From NCBI RefSeq assembly GCF_001194135.2, contig NC_068984.1, positions 92,426,278 through 92,490,277 of the forward strand: a stretch of DNA of 64,000 bases, given 5' to 3'. Below are positions 51,350 through 64,000 of this stretch, piece by piece. The notes beneath the pieces were generated by a model. That model had not been told where the DNA came from. It was given only the letters and a program-made list of their open reading frames with translations, and made no database searches. How positions within the stretch are numbered: the first letter of the stretch is position 1; each line of letters opens with the position of its first letter. Both the position numbers and the translations under genes were made by a program. The DNA comes from Octopus bimaculoides (Eukaryota).

Positions 51350-52684
51350 TTACTTAATATTCTTCTAATATAATACCTAATTTCAGCTATTATTTTAACA
51401 TATTCAGTCCTATCTATAGTTATAAACTATGGTTACAATTTTTTTTTAAATAGTCATAATTTTTAAATGACATCAACTCCCATTAATATATCACTTAAGT
51501 TTAATAAATAGATATTTATGTTTACATTAAAAACTTATTCATTCCCCAAATTAATAAGGTTTCCTTTGCTTTTCATTATTTTATGATTTTCTTCTAAGCA
51601 TCTGCAGAATTTATTATTAATTTTGTAACTAGGTGCATGTGCTAAAATTTTCCATTTAGTTAACTTTATTTCTTTTCAGTTGCCATATTTTTCTTGATAA
51701 TCCTGTACTATTCATTTTATTTTAGTCCCTAAATGTCGATTCATGATACGCTATTCTGAATTTAACCCAGTCCTCTGTTGACCCAGTATAGAAAAATTTA
51801 CTCATGTCTTGTGCAGTTATTGTCACTTGGTATATAAAGCTTTTTCTTATGCAACGCCTGTCTAACTTACATCTTTCAGGGTCTCTACAATTACAGTTTT
51901 TATTTTGCAAGGAATTTGTAATATTCTCTTTTGTAGATTCATTATAGGTCTGTATAGGTATTTTTATAGCCAACCATATTATTCTTACTATTTTCTTCTA
52001 TCTTTTTGTTATAAGTTTTACTATCCTTTTCTGGGTTTTTTTTTTTTTTTTCATAGAATTTATCCAGTTTTCTGTTATTTATCGATGATATTATCCTAAA
52101 TAGGTTTAGAGAAACAGAGAAGCCAAATCTTATATATTTGCCATTAAATATTTTCCATATCTAGTGTTTTTAAAGTTTTTATTTATAATCTACCTAATAG
52201 ATTTAACAAAATTGGCCTTTAATTGTTTAGCAAAGGGAATTATGGTCCATATAGTTTTGTCTGAGTCTTCCTTATTCCTATATTCATTTTTGTCCCAATA
52301 TAGTTTTTATTCACACATGGTATGAGTTTTTTCCTAACTATCTTTTTATTACTTGTACTCTCCTCAATTATATTTTTCTTTTTACTTATCTTATTCTTGC
52401 TATTCTTATTCTTTATTACAAGGTTAAAATAATTATTATTTATCCAAATGTTATTTTTCAGTTTCCGACCACCTATATTATTAGCATTATTTCTCTCTCC
52501 ATTGATTGTTTAATTCTAATTTTACAATTATCTTGTTTAACATATTTATTGTTATTATTATTATTATTATTATGAATTTTCATTTTTACATTAAATTATA
52601 ACCATAGTTTATAACTATACATAGGACTGAATATATTAAAATAACAGCTGAAATTAGGCATTATAATAGAAGAATATTAAGTAA
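51350..52684 (-). mobile_element. Penelope-like element fragment (GIY-YIG) with 85-bp inverted terminal repeats
   Basis: CNCRDPERCKLDRRC..KSFIYQVTI.....FYTGSTEDWVKFRIAYH (51722-51973); inverted repeat 51350-51434 / 52600-52684. Confidence 0.8.
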
Positions 52685-53050
52685 ATAAAAATAATATAAC
52701 AGTCAAATAGCCAGAAAAATGTAATAGAATTTTAACCGATCAAAATTGATTATAACTATGTGCATTTATAAGAACATACTGGATATGAGAAAGTATGTTT
52801 ATGTATGAAATGCTTATGTATGAAATGCTAATATGTATACAGCCAGATAAACATGAGTATATATGGATTCAGGTGTATATGTTTGCCTGGATGTGAACAT
52901 ATTGCTGTGTTTATATATGTATATCTTTATTATATATATGTAATTTTTCATATTTGTATAAAAAAATTTTGTGTACATGAATAAGTAGGAATATAGGTAC
53001 TTTCAATAAGTAAAAAGTGTATTTCTACATAGAAAATATATTATATATAT

Positions 53051-53266
53051 TCTATTCTTTTATTCTTTTACTTAGTTCAGTCATTTTACTGTACCCATGC
53101 TGGAGCACCACCTTTCGTCAAGCAAATCACCCTCAAGACTTATTCTTTGTAAGCCTAGTACTGATTCTATTGGTCTCTTTTGCCGAACCGCTAAGTTATG
53201 AGAACGTAAACACACCAGCATCGGTTGTCAAGCAACGTTGGGGGCGGGGCAAACACAGACACACAA

Positions 53267-53331
<65 letters not shown>

Positions 53332-53479
53332 AGGCTTCTTTCAGTTTCCATTTACCAAATCCACTCACAAGGCTTTGATTAGCCTGAGACTATAGTAGAA
53401 GACGCACTACGCAGTAGGACTGAACTCGGAACCATTTGGTTGGTAAGCAAGCTACTTATCACACACTCACTCCTGCACC
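53051..53479 (-). mobile_element. Full-length tRNA-derived SINE copy with internal (CA)n
   Basis: Reverse complement of 54842-55251. Confidence 0.88.
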
Positions 53480-54841
53480 TATACATATATATAAATTTTA
53501 GTATAATATAAATATATGAATTCTATTTTTCAGGGGTTATTTAATATATCCAATTATATAAAGGAAGGTATGAGGAAATAACCAATATTTTAGTATCAAA
53601 GTAGTTTAAATTGAGAAACATATATTGAATAAAGTAATCCTCTCTATTTTGATTATGATTTTTGGATATGTAGTATATTAATTTACATTATGTTGATGTT
53701 ATACATCTATTCCTTATGCTGTATTGCATAACAGAATTATAAACCATATTATGTAAGATAGATGTATATATGTGTATGTATATTTGTTATGGATAGGTGT
53801 ACACATGCTTCATGTGGTAATATAAAGCATACATATCATTGAGACAGACAGAATACCTAACTCCAAATCCCAGTATGCTTATATACTAAGAAATTACTGC
53901 TGATCAATAAGTACATGTGTACATGAGCAAAAAATATGTGAACAAATATGTAGGTATGAGCATGTGTATATATATGTGTATAATATAAAAATATATAACA
54001 TATGTGGATACATAAGATGAAAAAAATATATATGTATATTGAAATATAAGTATAATAATAATAATAATATATATGTGGGAGTGTATATGTTTGTATGTAT
54101 ATACATGTGTATATATTGATTAAACTAGTATCTTTACTTAGATTTTTATAGATATTTAAGAGTCATATTTAGAACTATGAAATAACAAAATATTCTATAA
54201 GAATGTTGTTGTTGTTTGTTCCCTCTCAAGCCATGCCTGGTTCATAAGGGCTGGTTTCCAGGTTTCATTGGCATATAGGTTTCCCACCTGGACAGGACAC
54301 CAGTGTTATTGTTTTGTGACTTTACCCCTAATTGTAGTGTGATCGTGTATGTGTGTATACATACATACAAATATTTATTTATATTCGCATATAAACTTCT
54401 TGATAATTTATTTAGTCTTTGTATTATTTATATACACTCCATTCAAATAAGTATATACAGATATGTGAGTATGTATGTATGTGTGCATGTATATAAACAT
54501 ATGAATGTACATGTATGTGTATGTATATATATACTCATGCCTAATTCATTTGACCGGTTAATGGTTGTCCAACCGTAGCTAAGCCAAGACAGTTTAAAAC
54601 AATACATGACCAATTGGATGAGGGGACTGAAAAGCAAAAATTACCCCTCCCCACTACCAGCAGGATTCTAACTTCTCCATAAGCAGAAAAATAACAGAGT
54701 AACTCATTGCAGGTTTGCAGAAGTCTGGACATTATTGTAACAATTCTCACGAAATATTTTTACATAAATTCCTCCATCACAAACAGGACTGACACGTACA
54801 TACTCCATAGGTTTCAGATATAAAAAAAATATATATATATA

Positions 54842-55251
54842 GGCGCAGGAGTGGCTGTGTGGTAAGTAGCTTGCTTACCAACCACACAGTTCCGGGTTCA
54901 TTCCCACTGCGTGGCACCTTGGGCAATGTCTTCTACTATAGCCTCGGGTCAACCAAAGCCTTGTGAGTGGATTTGGTAGACAGAAACTGAAAGAAGCCTG
55001 TCGTATATATGTATATATATATATGTATGTGTGTGTATGTGTTCATGTGTCTGTGTTTGTCCCCCCAACATCACTTGACAACCGATGGTGGTGTGTTTAC
55101 GTCCCCATAACTTAGCGGTTCAGCAAAAGAGACCAATAGAATAAGTACTAGGCATCCAAAGAATAAGTCCTGGGGCCGATTTTCTCGACTAAAGGTGGTG
55201 CTCCAGCATGGCCGCAGTCAAATGACTGAAACAAGTAAAAGAGTAAAAGAG
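54842..55251 (+). mobile_element. Full-length tRNA-derived SINE (best-preserved copy)
   Basis: A-box-like tggctgtgtgg, B-box-like gggttcattcc, internal microsatellite, conserved 3' half, (agtaaaag)n tail. Confidence 0.9.
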
Positions 55252-55637
55252 TATATATAGGTCTGGACATTTTGTTGGAAATATAGCAATAGGAATCAAG
55301 GCACCATTCCTCCTTTCCAAACGCAACTAATGCCTATGTACCAGGGAACAAACATGTATGTACGGGAATGCTTATGTATACATATGTGTATGTATGTATG
55401 TATGTGTGTGTGTGGGTATATATGTGTCCTCCTCATGTATAATAACAATAATAATTGACTCATTGGTGTGCATGTATAGACATTTATGTATGTACATTTA
55501 AATGTACATATATGTATTCATGTATTTATGTTTATTTATGTATATCTATATGTTAAACTACGCATATATATGTGAGTCTTTATGATTTTTTATATGTTTA
55601 TATTTGTATGTTGTAAATTAACTTCATGAACTTTATA

Positions 55638-55775
55638 AAATCTCTGAAGAGGCCTAGAGAATCATTCATGTACCTCTATTTCATCCATTTCATCTATCAA
55701 TTACTTCAGCCTACTGGAGTTATATAGATAGAATGAGGCATGTCACCTCTAGACTGAAACAACTGTAAAACATTG
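55638..55775 (+). ncRNA. Type I hammerhead motif with ~105-nt extended stem II
   Basis: aatct-CTGAAGA(55644)-ggcctagag...ctctagact-GAAA(55756)-C aact G-TA-aaac. Inner arms catg/catg, cctc/gagg, tctat/ataga, acttcag/ctggagt. Confidence 0.6.
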
Positions 55776-56105
55776 TCCCATCTTCAGTCACTAGATGTCC
55801 TTTTTAATTACTGATATGACATAATATGTCACATGTGTTTGCATATTGTTTTTATTGTCCTCTTAATTAAAAGATAAACAGGTAAATTGATATAATACAA
55901 TGTCTGCAAGTTGATGAATACCACATATTCTCCTCCATTTTCTTACTGCTATATAAATTTAGGGTAAAATTTCTTTTTACCCGCAAACAATTATTGCACT
56001 TGGAAAAAACACTAGTGTAATAATAATTGAGTATCCTTCCGACACAGTATATTGGATAGATATTATCCCTTAGTGGGTTGGATTCACAACCCCTAACTTT
56101 CTTGG

Positions 56106-56144
<39 letters not shown>

Positions 56145-56243
56145 TAACAGTATTAGGGAAAAAATTCCAAATTTACAGGGAAAAATTCAATTTAATATAT
56201 CAAAATTAAATTAAATTTCACAATATATAATATACAAATGTAT

Positions 56244-56561
56244 AATTTAGAGACAAAAACCACAATTATTTAATTGACCCATGAAAATCCACAATCACAT
56301 ATAGAAAAATTTAATATTTTTGAATAGAATTGATTTTCGATTGATTTATTTTGAATTGATTTGATTTTTATTTTATTTTCTATTTGAAAATATGGTTATG
56401 AAACACATGCAGTCATTTTTACTATTTTAATATTTACTACTTTGTACTTTTTTGATTTTTATTATAGGTCTTCTTAGTGTATTTACTTATTAAATTTTTC
56501 TATGTGTGATTGTGGATTTTCATGGATGAATTAAATAATTGTGGGTTTTTTTCTCTAAATT
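56244..56561. repeat. AT-rich inverted repeat (73-bp arms 56244-56316 / 56488-56561)
   Basis: Arms pair by eye with few mismatches. Confidence 0.85.
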
Positions 56562-56749
56562 ATATATATATACATATTACATACATATAAGAGGAATGAC
56601 CTGGGATACAAGCTACAGTAGCATTTACCCTTAATGGTTAGCCGCATTTAGGTGGCAAAGATACTTCACGTTGTTGTGCAGCTACTGTTTATACCTCGTT
56701 CAGTAAGAGTTTTAGATGGAAAAATAGGAGTGGAAATGACATTTCAAGC

Positions 56750-58130
56750 ATGGCTTTTTGTTGGAAAGAGGAAGAAGTCTAGAGGGGAGTAAAAGGAGGA
56801 AGAAACAGATGGTCTGGAGAAATGTGTTGTTACATGGTTAAAAAATAACTGACCAGAAGTGGAGAGAGAGAGAGAGATAAAGTGGTTTTTGAAGGCAGGA
56901 GAGAGCAAAAATGGCCAGTGTGTGTGTTTGTGGAGTGTACATCTGTATATATGTTCTTTGTGTGTGTGTGGGTGTGTGGGTGTGTGTGCATGTGTGTGTA
57001 GGTGGTAAGTAGAGTGTCTGTATATTAGGGAGTGCAACATGGGATGATAGTATATGTGTTTATGTTTATATGAGTGTGTATGTAAGAAAGTCAATCTAAC
57101 AGATTAGTAGCAGTAGGGTTTAGCAGTTGAAGATAGGTAATGTGTTGTGTGTGTGTGTGTGTGTCCCTGTGTGTATGCATGAGTGTATGTGAGTGCATGT
57201 GCATGGGTGTGTGTGTGTGTGCATGTATGTGTTCGCGTGTAAGTGTTTGTATATGGGTGTGTGTGGAGTTTTGTATGTGTGTATGCAGTAGAAAAGTTGT
57301 GTGGGTGGGGGTGTAAGTTATGTATGTGGGTGTGGGTGGAAGATAAATGGAGAGAGAAAAGGCAGGGAAACAGCTGAGGAAAAAAGAATGAGAGGGAAAA
57401 GAAAGTTGGAAGCAGTTACATGAACAAGGGTCAGTAGGATTATGTCCAAACAATGTGTGAGTTTGTAATGTGAAAATGTACTGTTGTAACTGTCAAAGTT
57501 TAGTGGTGGTAGTTCCATGGTTCTAAGGCCAAGCCAAAGACAAATGAGGTGTTTGGTAGAGTGGTTGGCTGAGCAGAAGCGATGGGAGACAGGGGTATAT
57601 TTTTAGAGACAGGGGTATATTTTTAGAGGCAGATATCTGGGGTCTGGAGAAAGGGAAGGATCCAGGACAAGTGGGAGTAGGGAAAGGGGGGAACCACAGA
57701 CCATAGGTCACATAGGTTTTAGGTGCATCTGGAGGAAAAAGGTGGGTTGGAGAAAACAGGTAAAGTCATGGAACTAGATAGAAGTTGGAAGGTCCATAGG
57801 ATTTTCCAACAAAGGGGTAGAGTAGAGGGATGGAAAAAGAGGAGAAAGGGGATGCAGTTGGGAGACAGGTGTGGAGGAGAGTGGGCTGAGGTGCAATAAA
57901 CTTGGTGGCATGGACAAAGGTATCCACAACAAATAAGCAGATGAGCCAAGTACTGAGACTGAGACACACACATATATCAAAAAGAGGCACAGTAAAGTGC
58001 AACACACAAACAAAATCAGGCTCGATAGTAGGCTCCACAATCCACTCTAGTATCCAATATAATAAAAACATAGGGCACCAAAGAACAGCTGTCATGTCTA
58101 AGGGTGATGTGGATTCAAGTTCCATGGATA
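56750..58130. repeat. Unclassified purine-rich/TG-rich low-complexity repeat region
   Basis: Strong G/A bias on the + strand with (TG)n tracts and a short tandem duplication (ttttagagacaggggtata); family not identified. Confidence 0.4.
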
Positions 58131-58249
58131 GCCTTCAACTTTTTCTATCCAAAACAGTTTTTCAACCCAACATTTACATGCTACTATTCCAACACACGAT
58201 TATTTCACATTCTCTCAAAAATTTATAAATTCTAATGAGATCAACAAAA

Positions 58250-58680
58250 TACAATTCTTTATGGTAAGAATAAAGTTTCTAAAACAGATAAATTCAAAGG
58301 ATTGCTTGATCCCATGATAGAATGCCTGTCATGTCTACAGATGTGGGTCTAAGTTCCACAATTGTTATGCTAATAGCTATTGAGCCAGAAGTACATGTCC
58401 ACAACTGTCCTTCTATCTCTAGACAATAAGCCTTGGCTGGTAGACAACTTCAGTCTTTAATGATGATAATAAGATCAAAAGCTTTACTCATATTAGAGAA
58501 ATTATTAACAAGCTTCTGTGCTTCTTTGATAGATGCTGCAACAAGTCCAGCATCATCAGCAAACAGGAAGTTACATAGTGTTGCCATTCAGTTAATTGCT
58601 TTGGTTTTGAAGTACTGGTGATTGAAGAAGCTGCCACTGATCCAGAATTTGAATTGTATATTGACAAAGAAAAGAGAAAA
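58250..58680 (-). mobile_element. RTE LINE RT fragment
   Basis: Minus-strand translation LCNFLFADDAGLVAASIKEAQKLVNNFS.MSKAFDL, then KTEVVYQP after a frameshift. Confidence 0.8.
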
Positions 58681-58910
58681 TTGTTTTATTTTAGCTGTAA
58701 AATTCTTGATTCAAATTATTATAGAACAAGTCCAATTATACCAAACCTTATTTCATTAGGGACAAGTTGTAACAGATCAGAAATATATGATTCTTGTAAA
58801 AAATATTTTATTGTTCCAAAAGTGAAATGAAAAACTTATCTCACTAAGGTCAAATTCTGTTCTGTGTAACCAAATCCAATTAGTAAATCTTAAGCCATAA
58901 AGGTTACTGC

Positions 58911-58947
<37 letters not shown>

Positions 58948-59548
58948 TTTTGTGATCAAAGTCACAAAATATCATACCATAAGCCAAGCAAATAATTATT
59001 TCATGACAAAGAATAAGTTATCTTATTTCTACTTAATGGAAGCTAACTTTGACTACTCCACATTAATGACTCTACAGCACAAAAATGTCTCAGAAAATTT
59101 ATCTCCCAACAAAATAAATGCAGCAAAAGAGCAGTAGACTGAAAAAGAAGTCTTTAGAAAGACTTAAGTAGCAAATTAAAAAATATAAAATAGCAACAAT
59201 AGAAAATATGTTACAACTGAAACCTAACATACTTATGTAAGAACTTTAGGAGACAAAAAGACACTACATGAAGTCCTGACCAAATTGAAAACAATTATAA
59301 TAGAATATTAAGACATATTGATATTGCAGAATGCAACTGAAATAAAAAGGCAGATAAGGTGTGGGAGAAAATGATTCAGAAAATAAATGTATAATAGAAA
59401 CAACAATTCTATTATGGCCACATAACAACCAAAGCTAAATGAGAAAAATCTGTTAGTTGAAAAGAAATCTAAGACAAAGATAAAATATAGCTCTAAAAAA
59501 TGAATAAATTAGATTCTATAGGATAAAATCTCAGATCAAATGACTTAC

Positions 59549-59658
59549 CTCACATTTCCACTTGATGCATTACCCTGAGCAGTATCCTTTTTCTCATAAT
59601 ACTGAGCATAGTTATTTATCCCACGATAGAGCTTGTCATCTTCTTTACCTTTTAATCC
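59549..59658 (-). CDS. RNF113A: RNF113A/CWC24 coding exon (most 5' exon found): [36 protein letters not shown](R)
   Basis: Manual translation matches the conserved RNF113A segment GKEDDKIYRGINNY...DT..GNASSG.VR. Acceptor ttattctgtag|, donor |gtaagt; 110 nt, phase 0 to 2. Confidence 0.95.
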
Positions 59659-61380
59659 CTACAGAATAATAAAAGGAAAACAAGTTCAACATTTAGCATT
59701 GTCAGCTCATTCAAACATACATTCATACACATACAAATGTACATTAGTAACTGACTAGAAGAATGAGTACCCAACATCTGAAAGGTGAACAAACAATTGA
59801 TGACTTTCAAACTTAATGTTTTATGTGATCCCATTTCACTCATAAATCCTGGCTTTAAAAAAATTATGATCACTGTCTGCAGTAAATATTTGGTATAAGA
59901 GAAGTAACCTCTTAATCTCCAAATTAAACATAAATGACTGGATAGAACACCACAACAAATTTTTGTGCTTCTAAAGTGTTACTAACTCAGTTTCCACTAA
60001 AAGCCTGAGCTATGGGCTTATGTACCAGAGATAAAAAGGAAAGAAGTATGGTTAGAGAAGAGAAAAAAAATACTAAATAAAATCATCCTACAAATGAAGG
60101 CAGCCTCTAATCTCACTGAATGGATATATGGCAATGCCACCACAGCATAGTTTAACCTTTTCAATACCAACCCACTTGAGATCACCTCTGGTTCTCTGAT
60201 ACATACTTCTGGTTTTGAAGTGATTTAAATTAACATTTTCCATCAACATTTTGTCTTAATTTATGTCTCAACTAACAAATAATTAATGAAAAAATTATTT
60301 TCCTAAATTCTTCATTATTTTCAAAACTAACTAAAACACCTACAGTGTATTTCAACAGAAATATGGTAACAAGAGGGTTGAGCATGTAAATGACAAACTC
60401 AATGGAAAGTTTATACAGTTTATACAGAGTATTACTAGGTATCACTATAGTGTGCTGTAGAAGGGTGACAAGCACAGTTTGACCATGCAAAAACACACTT
60501 TTTGCTTGATCATTTATATGTTGTTAAAATACATTTTTTATGCAGAAAATTATATTATCTTTTGAGAGTTTTAGATGTGAACTTTCTTCTCATGTAGTTT
60601 TGATCAAAACCCAACACTTACCATGCCAGGATTCCTCAATCACCCTGGTATTTCCATAAAATTTGTCCTGTTTTTTTTTTTTTTACTACTGTACAGTAGC
60701 CCTCATTTTAGTTCAATGTGCTGGAGCACTTTAACTCAATTTGTGTTGAAACTCATACAGTCATGAAGAGGATTTTTATTCATTTATTTTTGATATAAAA
60801 ATTGATAGGGGTAGGTCAGGTAATCATTATGAAATAGAAAAGCTAAAATAATATCATTAATTTTCACTTAGAAAAGAACATATCTTCCTCAAGATTTTTT
60901 ATACCTTAAGAAAGAAATATTTCTCATGCATTCAATACAGTCATTGCCAAAATCTGGCTATGATACACCGAAAAAGCACAAAGTCAATAAAGAGGGTGGC
61001 TCTGTAATGCTACTTGTCAAACAGATGTATTCCTGTGTGATGAGAGGTCAAACAGAACATGAATTTAAGGCTTCAAATATCAAGTTTGAGCCATAATTTC
61101 AAGAAATAGTCAAACTAATTACTAAGTAAACTTATATTTCTATGAAAAAATGTACAAGATATGTCTTCTAGAGCCTAAAATTAGCACAGAACTGTCACAT
61201 TGAGAATGTTGTTTATTACCTCCCATTGTTTTAAAGTGTGGAGAGCAATGTCTGGATTTTACCTAGCATATATTCTTGTACATGTAAATTTCATTTTCTT
61301 TGATCAAATTTCACCCATAAAAATTATATTGTATAATGAATATTATAATGGAATAATTACTATGAAGCATTGTGTAGAAT

Positions 61381-61599
61381 ATATTGTACAAAAGATCGTG
61401 GGTAAGGCCAAAGCAATGTGAAGTAAATGCAAGGTAAATCACATTGGCAACATTCGTCAATTTCTTGAAAATGGGGTCATAACCCTGAAATATTGAAGAC
61501 AAGGTAGGTCTACATTAATTCGCATATTTAGTTTCTTGTGATTTACCTTGCATTTACTTCACACTGTTTTGGCCTTATCCACAATCTTTTATACAATAT
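61381..61599. repeat. Inverted repeat (62-bp arms 61381-61442 / 61538-61599)
   Basis: ggtaaggccaaagcaatgtgaagtaaatgcaaggtaaatcac pairs with gtgatttaccttgcatttacttcacactgttttggccttatcc. Confidence 0.85.
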
Positions 61600-61669
61600 G
61601 AATATTATTTTGTAGACTATTAAAGGCCGATATGATGTTTTTTCTTTTCCAGTTTGGCCTTGGAGAGCA

Positions 61670-63060
61670 ATCTATGACTGGGGAGCTTTCAAGGAAGATG
61701 ATAAGTTACAGGAGAGGTACACAGTAGAGGTGAGGAACAGGTTCAATGCTCTGGGTGGAGAGGCAGAGGTGAGAGAGATTGGAGGGACTGCGGAGAGTGT
61801 GACAAGGAGATACGGGTACTTCACCAAAGCAGTGACAGAAGCAAGTGAGGTCCTGGTTCCAAGGAGAGAGAAAAAGAGGAAGAATATCAGGTCTACAGAC
61901 CCAAAGTATGTGCAGCGAGAGAACATCTGAAAGCTGCCACAGACCAATTCCTTGCTACGGAGGAGAGGAAGGAGAATGTGGAGGGGATGAAGGAAGAACT
62001 CTGTACCGCTTACAGAGAAGAAGCACTGATGGAGAAGATCAGAAGTGTGGAGAGAGCAGTTGATGGGCCTAGGTGTAAAAAGAGCTGGACAATCATCAAT
62101 GAGATCACAGGGAGGAAGAGATGGAGTTCAAATCAGATCCAGAGAACAGGGACCAAGGATAGGAAGAGTAAATGGCTGGACCATTTAAAGACTCTACTAG
62201 GAGAGCCACCTTCCACAACCCAGAACACTGTGGAGATCAGGTGGTTGTTTGAGGAACTGGATACTGAGGCAGGACCCTTCACCAAAGAGGAGCTTCAGAG
62301 AGTCAAGAAGATCAAGGAAGGCAAGGCTTATGGAGAAGATGGAGTGGCACCAGAGGTGATGATGAGATGTGATTTTGATGATATCGTCCTGGAGTTCTGA
62401 AACCAGGCACTGGAAAAAGGAGTTGCTCCGAATCAGAGGAGGATCAGTAACATCATCCCAGTGCCAAAGAAGGGAGATCTCTCTAACACCAACAACTAAG
62501 GGGGATCTCACTGATGTCACTTGTGGAAAAGACCCTCAATAGGATGATTCTTAACAGGATCCAGCCCAAGCTAGACAATAAACTCAGGGACAACCAGGAA
62601 CAACCACCAATCACATCATAATCCTGAAGAGGATATTAGAAGGAGCTATTGAAAAAAGTCTTCCTGCTGTCATGGTTTTCATTGACTTTAGGAAGGCCTT
62701 TGATTCTGTGGACCATCACTGCCTGATGAAGATCATACAAGCTTATGGAATTCCCAAAAAGATACTGGAGCTGATATCACTGCTCTACACCAACACCAGA
62801 GCCCAAGTCATTACACCTGATGGGATGACAGAGTTCTTCGATATACTGGCTGGAGTGCTTCAGGGAGATACATTAGCTCCCTACCATTTTATCGTTGTGG
62901 TGGACTACTGTGTACACTTTGCATTGGAGAAACACCAGGACTCTGGCTTTACTGTAGTGGCAGCTCAGAGCAGGAGGGTCAAGGCTAAAAAAATATCAGA
63001 TGCTGAATTTTCTGACATTATAGTTCTGGTGACAAACACAGTGAAGGAGGCAGAGGAGTA
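61670..63060 (+). mobile_element. Decayed RTE/RTEX-like LINE RT (linker to domain 5)
   Basis: RNRFNAL linker, IIPVPKKGDLSN...RGISLMS, FIDFRKAFDSVDH, GVLQGDTLAPYHF, decayed FADD (FSDII). Confidence 0.9.
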
Positions 63061-63100
63061 GATGCAGGAGGTAGAAATTGTATGCCAAATTATGATGATG

Positions 63101-63151
<51 letters not shown>

Positions 63152-63689
63152 NNNNNNNNNNNNNNNNNNNNNNNNNNNNNNNNNNNNNNNNNNNNNNNNN
63201 NNNNNNNNTATATATATACATATGCATATGTGTATGTTTATATATCATCATCATCATTATTATTTAACATGCATTGTCAATGCTGGCATGGGCTGGACAA
63301 CAAAAATGAGAACAGGATTGCCAATGGGAATTGAACCACATATGTATCAACTACCACTTATATACAATTATATACACACAAATATTATTATTGTATGTTG
63401 TGATGACAAGAGACAATCTTGGACATCAAAGGGTTTCAATTGGTATGTGTTTGAGATATAATGAAATGAATTTCGATGGTTGTGGATTGCATTTACTTGA
63501 GTGTATCGTCCGTTAAAGTGTGTTTGTGGTTTTTTTAATTGTAATTTATGTAGATTGAATAGTCAACGCTTACACTCATAACACAGACATTTGAATTAAT
63601 TTTTACAATCCAGCCGTCATTTCACCCGGGATTTTGTCTTTCTGAAACCAAGAATCCTGAAGTGCCTTATATGTAATGGAACTGTGAAG

Positions 63690-63840
63690 ATCATCATCAT
63701 CATCATCATTGTTTAACGTCCGCTTTCCATGCTAGCATGGGTTGGACGATTTGACTGAGGACTGGTGAAACCGGATGGCAACACCAGGCTCCAATCTAAT
63801 TTGGCAGAGTTTCTACAGCTGGATGCCCTTCCTAACGCCA
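63690..63840 (-). mobile_element. LINE-tail repeat, minus copy
   Basis: (cat)n + tttaacgtccgctttccatgc...ctggatgcccttcctaacgcca is the reverse complement of the 44190-44340 tail. Confidence 0.75.
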
Positions 63841-64000
63841 GAAAAAACATATATAAGTCAAAACAATTTGTTGGCTTTTACGGTTTTTATAATTATTTAT
63901 ATAATATTATGTTATGTTATATATTTAAAACCACAACCCGTTCACTGACAAAATTCTGTGAAGCAGAGAATTTTGACAAATTACATTTAAATGTTGAAGT

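Noticed and set aside
51395-51440. Possible decayed HHR in the PLE inverted repeat
   Set aside because: No CUGANGA or GAAA core, and it would be antisense to the element.
58835-58900. Exon-like segment (NLYGLRFTNWIWLHRTEFDL) after a (CT)n tract on the minus strand
   Set aside because: RNF113A exons 59549 and 51290 already join in phase with no missing residues; no homology recognised.

Overview
AT-rich eukaryotic DNA with several N-gaps and dense (CA)n/(TA)n/(AAT)n microsatellites. The repeat content resembles a coleoid cephalopod (Octopus-like) genome; this is inferred, not proven. One host gene is clearly supported: RNF113A/CWC24 (CCCH zinc finger + RING spliceosomal protein) on the minus strand. 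Six coding exons were reconstructed by hand (59549-59658, 51184-51290, 49074-49163, 44734-44821, 35203-35309, 29147-29229), all GT-AG and in phase. The 5' exons were not found and probably lie beyond 64000. The rest is mostly decayed transposons: several Tc1/mariner copies, a hAT remnant, two Ty3/Gypsy remnants, RTE-type LINEs, a large Helitron, two Penelope-like (GIY-YIG) remnants, a tRNA-derived SINE family and MITEs. The most interesting unannotated signal is a set of type I hammerhead-ribozyme (HHR) motifs from at least four sequence families. One sits in a 1.06-kb composite insertion (inverted HHR terminal repeat, tRNA-like head, (AAT)n-separated modules, HHR terminal repeat) flanked by an 11-bp target-site duplication inside a mariner. 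Another family has a ~105-nt extended stem II, and one motif lies sense-strand in the last RNF113A intron. All structures were paired by eye; no folding, alignment or database search was run.
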